From the human T2T-CHM13v2.0 reference genome, Homo sapiens, in the NCBI RefSeq assembly GCF_009914755.1, contig NC_060930.1: a stretch of DNA of 64,000 nucleotides; one strand, 5' to 3'. The notes beneath the pieces were generated by a model, which made no database searches, had not been told where the DNA came from, and saw nothing but the letters and a program-made list of their open reading frames with translations. How positions within the stretch are numbered: position 1 is the first letter of the stretch; every line of letters starts with the position of its first letter. This document shows positions 14,647 through 28,599 of this stretch, one piece after another. Both the position numbers and the translations under genes were made by a program.

Positions 14647-14873
14647 TCACAGAGTGACTATAGTCATCAATTATTTAATTGTACACTTTAAGAAAATTAA
14701 AAGGGTATAATTGGATTGTTTGTAACACAAAGAATAAATGCTTGAGGGGATGAATACTCCATTCTCCAAAATGTGATTATTACACTTTCATGTCATATCA
14801 AAACATCTTGTGTACCCCCTAAATATATATACCTACTATGTACCCATGAAAACTAAAAATAAATAAAAAAAAA
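14647..14873 (+). mobile_element. L1MA1-3-like 3'UTR end with poly(A)
   Basis: ttggattgtttgtaacacaaagaataaatgcttgagggga...acctactatgtaccca..aaaaataaataaaaaa. Confidence 0.85.
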
Positions 14874-15464
14874 TTTTTTTTAATTAAAAATAAAGATAGA
14901 GCAGGTAAATAATAACTCAACAAAAGCTGGGAAAACTATATCAATATTCTAAAGATAGTCTCTAATATAAAATAGATTATTAGCAAGAAGTGATACTATT
15001 TAAAGCTTTAAATATCAGTGAAATATAACAACTAGACATGTAATATGAAGCTAAAGATAACCTCAAATTACACACAATGCAAAACATTTCTAGAACTATA
15101 GAAATTAACACATCATTATAAAAATATGAAGATTAAACACACCTTTCTCAATTAACAGTTTAAGCACAAAAAGTATATAAAAATGAAAATTTAGGACAAA
15201 ACTTTATTTAATGTATATATAAATAGATTAGAGAGATTCCATAGTTTCTCCAACATATATAGTACATTTATCAAAATTGAATAATTGAATATATTAAGGT
15301 CTAAAGGAGCAAGTCTCATTTAATTTATATGTATAAGTACATGTGTGTGTATATTTGTGGGAGTGAGGAAGTGTGCATTCTACTTTTTCTGACAACAATG
15401 AAATTAAATTAGAAATCATTATCAATAAGATAAATGTTTAACTTTTTTATGAAAATTTCTAACA

Positions 15465-15785
15465 ACTACAGGAGTAGATGAAATAGTATATGGAATGCAA
15501 ATGTACATTTCAGCTAGCTTCAACAATTATTCAATTCATAGCCAATCTACATATTCATTCCCATTGATATTTCTCTGAAACAAATTCATCCATAAATGTT
15601 TGTAACTTTATAGAAGGTCTTTTTGTTTTTAACATAACCAAAATATCATCATATACCTTTATTTAAAAAGTCTCAAACATCTAGTCAGTGTTCAATTTCC
15701 CTGATTATCTCATATTTTTGTTTGTTCAAGTCAGGATCCAAATTAGAATCATATATTGCAATTGATGGATATGTCTTCTAGGTCC
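15465..15785 (-). mobile_element. L1MC4/5-like 3'UTR fragment
   Basis: agcttcaacaattattcaattcatagccaatc...tagtcagtgttcaatttccctgatt...tcaggatccaaa. Confidence 0.5.
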
Positions 15786-15879
15786 CAAGGAGACACACTG
15801 TTAAGGATACAAATGATCAGAATTTTCTAACCATGTTTCTAAATAACTCATAGAACAAAGGATCAATGGGATGGAATGA

Positions 15880-16402
15880 AGATGGCCCCGATTCTTTGTT
15901 ACTAATCTCAGTGGGGAGAGGCGTGATTTCCCTTCCCTGGAATCTTCATTCTATGACTACTTTGGAAAAAAAAATATGGCAGAAGTGATGCTTTGCCAGT
16001 TCTATGTCTAGCCTTTAAGAAAACTTGCAACTTATACTTTCTGTTTCTCAGAACATTCTTGGAGCACTGGCTGCAACGTAAGAAGTCTGACTACTCTCTT
16101 GGAGAGGACTTGTGGAGTGGCCCTGTGCTGCATGCGTAGAAGGAAAAACCGAGGAGAGTTCAGCCCTCCAGCTGTTCTTACCAAGGCACCAGGCATGTGA
16201 GTAGAGCTATTTTAGGCTCTCCAGATCAGACTAGCCACCAGCAAATACCACGAGATAAACCCAGTTAATATCACATGGAGCAAAAGAATGACCTAGGCAA
16301 ACGCTATCTGAATTTCTGATCCACAAATTCATGAACTAATAAGATCATGATTATTTTAAGCCACTCAGCTTTCACCTACCTTATTAGACAGCAAATGATA
16401 AG
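15880..16402 (+). mobile_element. MLT1 (F/G/H-like) MaLR LTR
   Basis: atggcagaagtgatgctttgccagttc...gtaagaagtctgactac...aatttctgatccacaaa...ttttaagccact. Confidence 0.75.
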
Positions 16403-18348
16403 AGGTGTAAGGAAAGTTAAAATTTTATTTTTTGAAAAGGCTGAAGAATTTTTTCTCTAGTGATATTGACAAAAAAAGAGAAGACACAAATAAAACATTA
16501 AAAAGAACTATATTTCAGACATTCAAAAGATAAAACTAATACTTGAAAATAAATAAAACAAATTTCTAGAAAAAATATAATTTACTAAACAAAACTAAGC
16601 AGAAATTTTCCAAACAAAATCATATATACATAGATTTATATAACCACTAAGGAACTGAAACCAGTAAATTACATATTCTTCCATCCCTCCCCCAAACAAA
16701 CAAGAATAAGAACAACAAAAGTTCACATAGCTTTACAGGCAATTCCACCGTAATTCAAGGAGTCACACTTCTCCAAAACAAACAATAAAAACAACAAGAA
16801 CAACTGCAAAATCCAACAGTTTTACGAAAAATTCTACCATAAATAGAGGAACAGACAAAATTTCCTTTCCAGGAAAAAAGAAAAAGAAGGAATGCTCCAA
16901 TCCCATCCTTTAAGGCAAGTATGATCCTCATATCAAAACTAGGGATAGTATGAGAAAGGAAAATCTCCTTGGAGACCATATATGTGAAAATCCTAAATAA
17001 AAATATCACTAAGTTGAACCCCCATAGTCTATAAAATGATACTATCATGACTATGTTGAGTTGATGCCAAAACTGCAAGTCGTTTATCATTAGAAAAATC
17101 TACCAGTGTGATTCACTTCACTAACAGCTTAAGAATAAAAACCATAAAATCATCTTACTAGATTCTTGTAAAGCACTGAATACAAATAAACTAATCAAAC
17201 GCCTCCTGAAAAGATAAGGTAACATATTATTATATAGTCAATAAAAATATAATATAGCAGTTAAAATTAATTAATTTCAACTAGATACAACAAACATAAA
17301 ATTGTGAGTCTTGGATTAAAAGAGCAAATGAAAGGAAACAGTCTAGTGCAATATCCCCTTTTGGTATATCCATTGGAGAAAGCACAGGTTTTATAATTCT
17401 TTTCACAACATTATTATAAGTATGATACCAAAAGATTTAAACAATAAAACAATTGTTTTATTTAAGCAAATAAGCAATTATTTAATTATTAAACAATAAT
17501 TAATTAAATAAAACTGTGATACTGACATTAGATCACGCAACAGAATTTTTTAAATTACATATAAACTTTGGATTTCAGAAGCGTGGGGAAAAACACTTGG
17601 AAAAATATTCAAATAAATATTTGAATATATCTCACTTCTTAAGTCAAAATAAATTGTAGAAGAAATAAATGAAAAGAAAATCAATGCTGTGAAAAAAAAT
17701 AGGCAAATATTTATATGATCTTTTGGAGGCTGATGCCAAAAGAAGAAACCATAAAAGAGAACACTAATACACTGTATATGTAAAAAATATGAAATAACAT
17801 GAAACAAATAAATGAAAGCCATAGTTAAAAGACAAATGGCCAACTAGAACACTAATTAGCATGGTATGTGGCAATCAATTATACCTTACTATAAAAGTAA
17901 CCCATCTAAATTAATTTAAAAAACAGACCAGCACCCAATAGGTAACTAACTAGAGGATATACATAGTCAATTAAAAGAAGAAATTTGAATTCTAATTGAA
18001 TAAAATTCAAATATGAAAAGCTGTTCAACATCAGAAGATCTCACAAAAACAACACAAATTTTATTAAAGTACTATTTTTTTCTCTAGCAGTTTGTTATGA
18101 TTAAAAATTATGCTAATATCCAGTAGTAGCATAGGAGCAGGGAAATACATCTCATTCTTACGACATTATCAATTGATGTATTTCTAGGAATCAGTTTTTC
18201 AAAATGTATCAAAATGCTTAAAATAATTTATACCCTTTGACTCAGCTATTCCCCTTCTAGGGTTTTACAATCAGAAAACATCTGATTGTATGTCAATTAT
18301 ATCTCAAAAACTTTGAACAAAATTATTTTCAATTAAATAAAAAACTGA

Positions 18349-18664
<316 letters not shown>

Positions 18665-21283
18665 CATATAGGTTTTAATTTATATATAAATTATGTCAGC
18701 AAGAAACTGGGAATTGACTACAGTCTAAAAATAGCAAAATGATTAAATGAATTATGGTACAGCCGTATATAGACTTTTATGTAACTGAAATTCAGATAAA
18801 TCTCTAATTATAATCACAGAAAGATTGTTACACGATATTGTTATGTAAGAAGAAAAAGTTACAAAGTAATATGCAGAATATGCTCCCATTTAAAAAAAAA
18901 TGTTTGAGCCTACAGGTGAGATTAAAATGTTTTGAGAAAAGACATGCAGAAGATGCTGTAGATAATCTTTTGATCATAGAATTATCCTTTTATTTTTGCT
19001 CAACTCTCCTACCTAATGTTTTAACAATAAACATGGATTACTTCTATGATGAAAAAAAAAAACAGTGAGGGTGAGGGGGGAGCAATAGAGAGACAGGACA
19101 GAAGAAGGTTTAAAAGGTAAGAAATACTACACCACTAAGAAACATTCTTTGGCTAAGTCCATGGTTTCATTGCCTCTGATTATTCCCTTTCCCGGAATTT
19201 CCTTAACTCTTATGCATATGATTTTGACAGCATTACTGTGCATCTGATTTTGTTTTCTGGTTGATTTACTCTTCAAAGTAATATCACCCCACCAGAGTTT
19301 TATAAATACTCTTATGCTGTTTTTATATACTATAAAACTCTGCACACATAGACATTTCAAAATGTTGAATAAATTTAACTGAATAACTATCAATAGCCAA
19401 ATTTAGTTTATAGTCACAAACTTAGCTAAAAGAACAGATCTCAAGAAATGGACAGTACAGAATTTTCAAGATTAGTCAAGGAGGTGATTCTGGATAGAAG
19501 CTGTCCAGCAGGATCCATACAGTCTAATGCGATAGAACAAGTATTTGGCTGAGGTATGGATTCTTCTACCAATTAACTTTGGGAAAGTTACTTAAATCTA
19601 TCAGATCTCAGTTTGGTCAATAAAGTAAAGCTCCTTCTATACATATGATTCCTTGATATTCATGATTTTGCAGTGGGTGCTGAGTCTCTGCTATTCATAG
19701 AAGTTGTATTTAGGAAATGGTAGAATTTAGCAGATGGACTACACAGAGTCCAGAAAGTTACCAATATTGCTCTCTTGCTTAAGATAAAAAAAAAATGGGG
19801 GCCAACCTGTTCTTTTACAAAACGTTACTATATACATTTAGGACCTTTTCATGTCAATAAAGTGAATAAAAATCTGTTGAATTAAATTCACACAAACACA
19901 CATGTTTTTGCTAGGAAAAACAAAGGTTACATTAGCTAATTTGATAGGCATGATGTCTATGATGAAAGAATCAATTTGCATTCTTAGATATTCTATAAAA
20001 CACTGTACACTAAATTCTGGCTCTGAAAAGATGGTTTTGCACCTCATACAAATGCTTGTGCTGCATTATAATGTGGAGCTTAATTGCATTTAAGTGCTTA
20101 TTCAAAAATATGCCCTCCAACTTCTACCTCACTCTACATTTTTCAAGAGTAACTTAAAAATTTTCTAAGACATAACAAACTGTGTCTTCACTGGGTCTAT
20201 TCAACATTGAATTGAGCTAATGAGGTTTACAGCTTGTGATATTTTGGCTGATAACTTGGAATGATTGAAGCTTATGAATAGAAAGGTTATAAAGGGTCAT
20301 AGTTCTCCTTATCAAAATGTCTAGCCTTATTACCTTAGAGAAAATAAAAATAAAAAGACATATCGTGTTTTCACCGTAGTTTCTGGTGTGGAAATTGATT
20401 TGTTTAAGTGCCTTTTCAAATCCCAAAATATTCATATCTCATTTCTAAAATCTAGTCTTTAACAAGAAGCCAGAGCAATGGAAATAATGAACAGGCTCCA
20501 ATGAAAAGGTTAGATCTTTTTAAGAACTGTATCATCAGGATTTGTTTAAAATGTCATCTTAAATTAGCAAGCCCATTTCACTTATTCAGTTGTTTTCTAA
20601 TGAGAATCAACATTTATATGACACAATTAGAACACATTTATTTTTTAATGTATACAGTATAAACATAAGAAGCATCATACCCATTAAATAGACCATTATG
20701 TTAATATAGTTATGTAGATATAGTGACATATTTATGTACAAGTTCTCCATATTCTTACTAAAATTAAGATTAGGACATTAATCTTGTCCTTTACCCATTA
20801 CTATTTCAAAAAGTAAAAATAAAAAACCCAGCCAGATGCTTTTTAATTTCAAAGTGTCCTTAATATCTTTGTGAGCTAGCTAGATACCTACTACAAAGCA
20901 TTAGTAATTCCTTTCCTGCCAAGTTATTTTTAGGGTGTTCTAGCTTTACTGAGCTCTCTACCAAATGCAAAACATTAGATATCCTGAATTTTTCTCTGCT
21001 CTGTTCATCCTAGAGATAGAAGCTTTCTTGCTTCAAACCTCAGTGCACACATGTAAACACAATTACTCAAAACAAGGCAACAAGTGAGAGGGAGGGTTAA
21101 AATAAGAACTCAGGTAATCTGACTCACAATCCAGGATTCAACCCCCTAAAACTTGCTGTTTTCTTTGTCCTCTTTGCTGTGAACCAAGACACTTGTTCTG
21201 TAGCAGAGTGTTTCTGCTGCAAATCCAGTGGCTACTGCATTATGCAATGAAGTCAGAAGCCTGAGCTTGTGACATCAATATAG

Positions 21284-21297
21284 GTTGCTATGGTAAC
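21284..21297. promoter_or_regulatory. RFX X-box motif GTTGCTATGGTAAC within a bZIP-rich motif cluster
   Basis: 12/14 match to the palindromic X-box GTTGCCATGGCAAC. Nearby: TGACTCA (21120-21126), ATTATGCAAT (21239-21248), TGACATCA (21270-21277). Unique sequence. Confidence 0.55.
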
Positions 21298-22144
21298 TCT
21301 TTCCATAAGTATTACAGGTTCAGTGTAGGCTCAAAAAAGGGGACTTCAGCAAAGTAGCAAAATAACTGGCATTATTTCAGCCTAAATTACAATCATAGTT
21401 GGTGCAAAAATGTTTTATAATTCCTGTAATAAAAAAAGTTCTATATTTTATGTCATTATTGAAAGTCATTTTTATAATATATTTAAAAATGAAAGTTCTC
21501 CAGTAGAAATAGTAATGCTACTGACCTTCTAAAGCATTCATGTAATCCACAAAGAAGAGAATCTCACTATAACATAGCTAATTATTCCACATATTTAGTC
21601 ATTCCTTAAGTCAGGTAATGTTATATATTATATATTATGATAAATTCCTAATAACATATCATTCTAGCTTTTCCATTACAAGAATTATAAAAAGATCTCA
21701 CAAAGTTGCATATATAAAAACAGTTTTAGATGAGAAGACTATTTTTAACAAAGCAATAGTAAAGATCACCTTTTGATCGCACTAGTTCATTATTATTTTC
21801 CTAGAACATGTTTGCCAGTGACTCCATTTAAATAGTTAAATCTACCTTCCTTTGTAAGATATGTTTAAAAAGATTCTTTGGCCTTCAAATTTTTTTAACC
21901 TGAATTAGAAGCACATGGCTGAATAATTACAAAGGCTGAACTTCTTTATTACACAGCCCCTTTGTTCTTCTCATTTAGCATTCTCAAGAGGATCTTAGCT
22001 CAATTCTGTAAACATGCTTGAGCTAGGTGTTGGGGTTACAACAACATGTTGGACATTAGGTACAAGATGCCTAAGACATAATCCCTTCTATGAAAAACTC
22101 ACAGGTCGAGTTAATAATTACAGCAATAAAAGTGCAAACAACAA

Positions 22145-22380
22145 TTTAAAAATATTTACTGAGTATCCGCCATGAGCCAGACACCATGCTAAAGACTTCA
22201 CGTAAATTATCTAGATGATGTAATCCTCACAACAATACAAGCAGGAAAGTGGGTACTATTATTCCCATTTTGCAGGTAAGAAAACTGAAGCTCAGAGGGA
22301 TAAAGTGACTTGCCTGAAGTCACACGGCTAGTTCAGAACACAGCTGGCATTTTAAGTCAGGGCTAACTCCAAATGTTTAT
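22145..22380 (-). mobile_element. MIR
   Basis: taatcctcacaacaa...attattcccattttgcaggtaagaaaactgaagctcagagggataaagtgacttgcctgaagtcaca. Confidence 0.8.
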
Positions 22381-22614
22381 GATGTTTAAACAGAAATTAA
22401 AGATAATTCCCTGTTGCTCATTGTGACCAAAATTGAAAATTGCATCATCATTCTACTGAGCAAGAATTCCTTTATGTAGAATTCATTGAAGCAGAAAGCA
22501 GATAATCCTGTGGCTGACTCCATGAACACTTTTGATGACTGACTTTGCTGTTAGTGTAACATTTAGCAATTCAGAAAATATTTACCTGAAAACATTTCCT
22601 TCTTTATTGGTTAC

Positions 22615-24035
22615 AAATGACAATGTACAATAGGAAGATGATAGACTCTTCAATAAATGATGTTTACCTCACTGGATATCCACAAACAAAATAACGAAAT
22701 TAGACCCATTATTCTTACACCATACACAAAAATCAACACCAAATGATTTAAAGACCTAAACATAAGATGTGAAACTGTAAAATTCCTAGAAGACAAACAT
22801 AGGGGAAATTTTCCTTGACATTGGTCTCAGCAATGATTATTTGGATTTGACACCAAAAGCACAGGCTATAAAAGCAAAAATAAACAAGTTTCTGCATAGC
22901 AAACAATCAACAGAATAAAATGGTAACCTACAGAATAGGAGAAAATAATCTGCAAACCGTACAGTTCGTACAAGACTCATATCCAAACATGTAAGAAACT
23001 CATATAATTTAATAGCCAAAAGTCAAATAACCCAATTAAAAAATGGGCAAAGTAACTGAATTGACATTTCTCCAAAGACATACAAATGACCGACATGTAT
23101 ATGGAAAGAAGATTGACATCACTCATCATCGGGGAAATGCAAATCAAAACCACAATGAGATATTATCTCACACTTGTTAGGGTGGCTGTTATCAAAAAGT
23201 CAAAAGAAAAAGTGTGTTGTCAAGGATGTAGAGAAATGGGAACACTTGTGTGATGTCTGTGGAGATGGTAAATTGGTATGAATGTTATGGAAAACCACCA
23301 TTATGGAAAACAGTATGGGAGTTTCCCTTAAAAATTAAAAACAGAACTACCCTATGATCCAGCAATCCTACTTCTGAGTATATATCCAAAGGAAATGAAA
23401 TCAGGATCTTAGAGATATCTGCACCCCCCCATATCCATTGCAGCATTATTTGCAACAGTGAATAATGAAAACAACCTTAGTGTCTGTCAACATTTGAATA
23501 AAGAAAATGTGGTACATATATACAATGGAAGATTATTTAGCCTAAAAAAGTGTAATTTTATAGAATGTCATTTGCAACAATGGGGATGAACCTTGAGGGT
23601 GTTATGCTAGGTGAGATAAGCTAGACACAGAAAGACAAATACTGCATGTTCTCATTTACATGTGGAATCTGAAAAGTCAAACTCACAGTAACAAAATGTA
23701 GAATGATGGTTACCAGAGAGTTTGGGGGTGGGGAAAAGAGGAGATATTGGTCAAAGGATGCCAACTTTTAACTATAAGATGAATAAGTACCAGGGATCTA
23801 CTGTACAACACAATTAGTATAGTTAATAACGTAGTGTAAACTTGAAATTTGCTAAGAGAGTAGACTCAAAAGTTCTTGCCACAGAAAGAAAATGTTAACA
23901 ATGTGCAGTGATGGATATGTTACATGGGTTGATTGTGGTAATCATTTTTTAGTGTATGCATATACCAAAACATCACAATATATACCCTAATAAATGCAAT
24001 TTTTGTCAATCATACCTCAATAAAACTGGGGAAAA
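22615..24035 (+). mobile_element. L1MA8-10-like LINE-1 3' 1.4 kb
   Basis: Colinear ORF2 C-terminus (gaaatgcaaatcaaaaccacaatgaga; acagaactaccctatgatccagcaatcc) and 3'UTR ending tgtcaatcatacctcaataaaactgggg. Confidence 0.88.
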
Positions 24036-24169
24036 TATTGGTTCTACAACTTTTCTTACAGAGTTGCTTTAACATTCTAAAATGATTCAAACATTATATC
24101 AATTTCAGCTCAAATAAATATATTAATAATTTAATGTGTATACTGAATGGCAGTTTACATACCATACTA

Positions 24170-25195
24170 AATATTCATTCATTCAGCAAATATTTATTGA
24201 GCAACTATTAGGTTTCAGGTACCATGCTAAATGTTGGATGTGAAACTATAGCAAATAGTGAAATGGTCCACAAATTAAAGGAGCGTATAGTCTATAATGA
24301 GAGAAGAACATTATTCAAATGATAACATAAATAAATATAAAATAAATATAAGTATATTTATTTTATATTTATATAAATATATAAGTAAATAAATATAAAG
24401 TTCAAACAGTAAAATTCCTAAATTTCCTCATTCTGCCCCACAAAATTCAACCTTTCATCCCAGCTCAAAATCCATTGCCTCATCTTCCTCCTCCAGTCTA
24501 GACTTGGCTTCTGTCCATTCTTCCAGATGTGCTTCCTCTCTCATGTGTCTTCACCCTGCCCTCCTCTTTGGCCCTAACCACATTTGAGCTCTCATCGCGT
24601 CATGCCTTAGGTGTCTCAATAGCTCCTGGCATGACTCCCTGCTTTAGCTTCTGCCTTAAGAGTTCCTAGGGCAGATCACTATAGCCCTATATCCTGAAAC
24701 ACCTAAGACAAGAGAGCTTGATCACATTGCAGCTCACTCCACCCAAATACCTGTAGCCACTCTCCTTCCTTTAAACCTGAAATCTAACTCCTTAGACTGG
24801 CATTCCAAGCTTTTAAAAATCCAACCACAGTCTAACTGTTCAGTCTTGGGATCCATCACTCCTCTGCAGGTATCCCTTCCCAAGCCAAATGGATGAATCA
24901 CTGGCCTGTAAGTAAGCATTTCACTTTTCCATCTCTGCTTTTATTTACTCCATGTCACCACTGAAATTCCTCATCCCTTTTCCACACCTCTCCTTCCCTT
25001 CCCTTTTAGAATTCTAAACACGCTTCTAAGTCCAACATGAATTATTGATTGGATAGTTGTACTGTTCTATTTTTTTTTGTTTGTGTGCATATGCTTTATC
25101 TCCTCTGCTAGATTGTGAGCTCCTTAAGGGAAGAGACTGTCTTCTGAATCTGCTGCAGTACAATATACATACGTGGTATTTAGTAATACCTATTG
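24170..25195. mobile_element. L2 remnants (antisense tail 24170-24330; sense body and tail ~24420-25195)
   Basis: cattcattcagcaaatatttattgagc; ctagattgtgagctccttaagggaagagactgt. Confidence 0.6.
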
Positions 25196-25450
25196 ATGTC
25201 CTATCCCAGGACAATGAAAGCTTAATCAGGTAGCTTATAAGACAAATATTTGCATCGCTGATTGTGTAATTATGGCTTCCTTTGAAATTACAGATTCAGA
25301 TCCTTCTGTTTCACTAAAAATCCATGGAGCAAGAAAACATAGAATAAGATTTTGCTACCTGTCTACATAGAGAAAATAATTAACTCTATGTTTGTCTGAC
25401 TTTCAATGAGAACTTTCAAGCAAAGACAGTAAGAAATGAAACTAATTATT

Positions 25451-25960
25451 TGTATTAGTTGAGACTCTTTCTGTTGCAAACGAGAGCAATCTAACTTACA
25501 ATTAGCTTAGGCAAAAATGAAAGGCAATTCATTGGCTCATGTAATTGGGAAGTCCGTGGGTAGATCTGGTTTCAATCACAGCTGGATTCAATGGAAGTCT
25601 CACTCTCCCTTTTTTTTTTTTTTGAGAGTTTACCTTATTCTTTATAGCTACAGACAAGCCATTTGTGTATGATAAAGACAAAGCTGGTGATAATTTCAAC
25701 TTCATATTATACCAGATTGGCAACACCAATTAAATAAAAATCTCTCTTTCATTGTCTCTCTCCCTTCCTATCCATGGAAAAATCTCAAGGAAGACGATTG
25801 AATCCTAAACAGATCATACACCTATCTGAGAAAAAGTCACTGTGCCAGAAATAAGGGCATCTGTGAATAACTCAGCCTGGGCATGGACCCATGCCTATGG
25901 CCAGAGTGATAACCAGACACCTTAATTGACTGTGCCTCTAGATCCACATGAAATTGAGAA
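25451..25960 (-). mobile_element. MLT1J/K-like MaLR LTR
   Basis: tgtattagttgagactctttctgttgcaa...ttcattggctcatgtaattgggaagtcc...cagctggattca. Confidence 0.55.
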
Positions 25961-26519
25961 AAGGACCAGTTGTTTTTTCAAAACAAAATAGAAGAAATGA
26001 GAAAAAAATAATCATTTCTCCCTTTAAGTCTGGAAAACTCTTAGGGTCCTGAATCATCTAGATTCACTTTAAATTCTGAAATATTAGCTCATACATTTAT
26101 CCCCAAATATTTGTTTGGCACCTACTAAGTGTCAGGCACTCTGTTAGGCACTGTGAGTGATACAAAGATTATTTCATTTGACTCCTAATAATTAGAAATA
26201 CATAAAGATAGAGAATTCCAATCCAAAATAGGATATGAAATATGTCACAAAAGTGCTTGGAATCAAAGATAAGGATTTAGGAATAACATATCAAGAGGTG
26301 AAAATGTAAGTGGTAGAAATAGATGAAACTGAAATTTTCAAGGTAGAGAAAATAAAGAGAAGAGAGAAATAAAGACTGAGAATAGGAAAGAGAACTTAGA
26401 CTCTTACATCCATATTCAAGTTGTAGTTCATAAAATACAAACTCCTTAAGAGCAGAACTCATGTCTACTTTTGGGCAACAAAAATAATAAGACTAGAAAA
26501 ATAAAATAACAGTAATAAC

Positions 26520-26745
26520 ACTGAATAACATTTATTGAGTGCTAATTATGTGATAGACATTGTACTAAGCTCTTTCAACAGATTATCCCATTTAATCCTC
26601 AAAACAATCTTATGAAATGGATATTAATATTAATATTTCCATTTTAAAATTAGGGCACTGAGACGCAGAAATGTTAAATAATCTGCCAAAGGAAATGGTG
26701 GATTTGGGTTATTACCAAGCTGGCCCAAATTCGGAGTGTGACCTC
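26520..26745 (-). mobile_element. MIR
   Basis: aacatttattgagtgctaattatgtg...tttaatcctcaaaacaatcttatga...ccattttaaaattagggcactgag. Confidence 0.75.
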
Positions 26746-27052
26746 TTTATCAATATGCTCTAGTGAAAACTTTCAGAGGTTCCGTCTTTTCATGAGAGTC
26801 AAAGAACAGCTTCGGTATAAGTTGCCCAGAATCACGTGTTTTTTGAGTTTTTAGTTCACTCACACCATCTCAGCCTCTTGCCTAATGTAAATCCCATCCT
26901 CATTCTCCCCCAATTCATTCTGCAGGCCAAATTCATCCAGGAAATTTGCTGTTTGAACAGAGAGTAAATGGAAAGAATGAGGAAAAGGACCTTAAGTAGG
27001 GCATGGTACAGGCTATTGGCTCTGTGTTAGCAGAATAAACCTCAGTGGTAGA

Positions 27053-27538
27053 GTTATGGGTTAATTTGTGTCCCCCAAATAAGACATATTGAAGTCCTAG
27101 GCTCTAATACCCCAGAATATGACCTTACTTAGAAAGAGGGCCATTATAGAGATAATCAAGTTAAAACAAGGTCACAAGGATGGATCCTAATCCAGTATGA
27201 CTGATGTCCTTATAAAAAGGGAAAATTTTAATGTAGACACAAACATGCACAGAGGGAAAATCATGAAGGAGACACAAAGAGAAGGCCATGTAAATATGAA
27301 GGCAGAAATCAGGGTGATGTATCTTCAAGGCAAAAACACCAAAGACTGCCATCAAAGCACCAGAAGCTAGGTGAGGCGCCTGGAACAGATTCTCCCTCCC
27401 AGCCCTCAGAAGGAAGCAACCATACCCACATCTTAATCTCAACCTTCTACCCTCTGGAACTGTGAGATAACAAATTCCTGTTGTTTATGCCACCCAGTTT
27501 ATGGTACTTCGTTGCAGCGGCCCCAGCCAACCAATGCA
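27053..27538 (+). mobile_element. MLT1B/C MaLR solo LTR
   Basis: ttatgggttaatttgtgtccccc...cctaatccagtatgactgatgtccttataaaaagg...caccagaagctag...gccacccagtttatggtacttcgttgcagc. Confidence 0.88.
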
Positions 27539-28245
27539 AGTACCTTTGAGAAACGTTATGACCAATCTAAGCCTCTTGCTAATGAACAAGGTAATTCCCT
27601 CTTTCAGGATGCCATGTGTGTAAAGCCATGGTCATGCCAGTTCACAACAGAATATCTAGATGATTGAAATTCCAGATGTGATTTTATGGCCTCACAGGGA
27701 ACACTTGCAAATGATTTTACGTAAATATTACCTTTTGTGTTTCCTAATATGTTGCCATCATTTGCTAAAAGAAGGCTAATTTTTTTTTTCTGGAGAGAAT
27801 GCTTTTCTATCAGAAATCTGATACCAGATTCATAAGTGATCATTTAAATTTTTTATTCTGGGCTTCCAAAACACATCTATATACTCAGAACGAATTGTTT
27901 ACCCATTGGTTCATAGGTTAAATTCACATTAAAACATTCTCAAATATCAAGAAAGTGTTTTATTTTAACAACAATCAATAATTCATCTACTGGCTAACTT
28001 TTAAGGGTTTGATGGGAAGCATGGTGGAAAAGCCTTCTTTGAGGTTTTGTGAAAAGATTAAAAACATGGCATGAATCATAGTTGCAATCTGTATTAATAG
28101 CCACATTACCAAAGAAGATAAAGAACTAGAACTTTCAAATTTTACTATGCTCTCGAGTCAATTGGCAATGTGAATAAAATATAATATGCTGAACATCACA
28201 GCCTCTTTAGGGCAAAAGTTATGAAATGTGCCCCTCTGGACTTAC

Positions 28246-28342
28246 CTTTTCCAGGGCTGGTAGAACTCAAGGGCTGCTCTGATTCAGCAGAATGTTCGCT
28301 GCAGTGCACCCTCTCAAGATAATGCATGACCTTAAGCAGAAC
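28246..28342 (-). other. Candidate antisense exon (97 nt)
   Basis: On the minus strand: acceptor ttctgtcgctctgttag|G and consensus donor AAG|GTAAGT. Unique sequence with one open frame. Confidence 0.3.
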
Positions 28343-28599
28343 CTAACAGAGCGACAGAACCTGTTCCTGCACCTGACATGCTTTCTCCTTCCTTACTCCT
28401 TCCTTCCTTCCTTTTTAGTATTAACATATTTTCCTATGAAAGTAATACATCTTTGGAGTTGTAAAAAGTCCCCTAGTTTTATGTACAGAACTATCAAAAT
28501 ATAACACAGTGAAGGAGCATTCTGAAGCAGGCACTATTTCTCTATTCTGAATATGAATTTTGCAGTATAATATACTAGGTTGGACACAAATTTCAAAGC

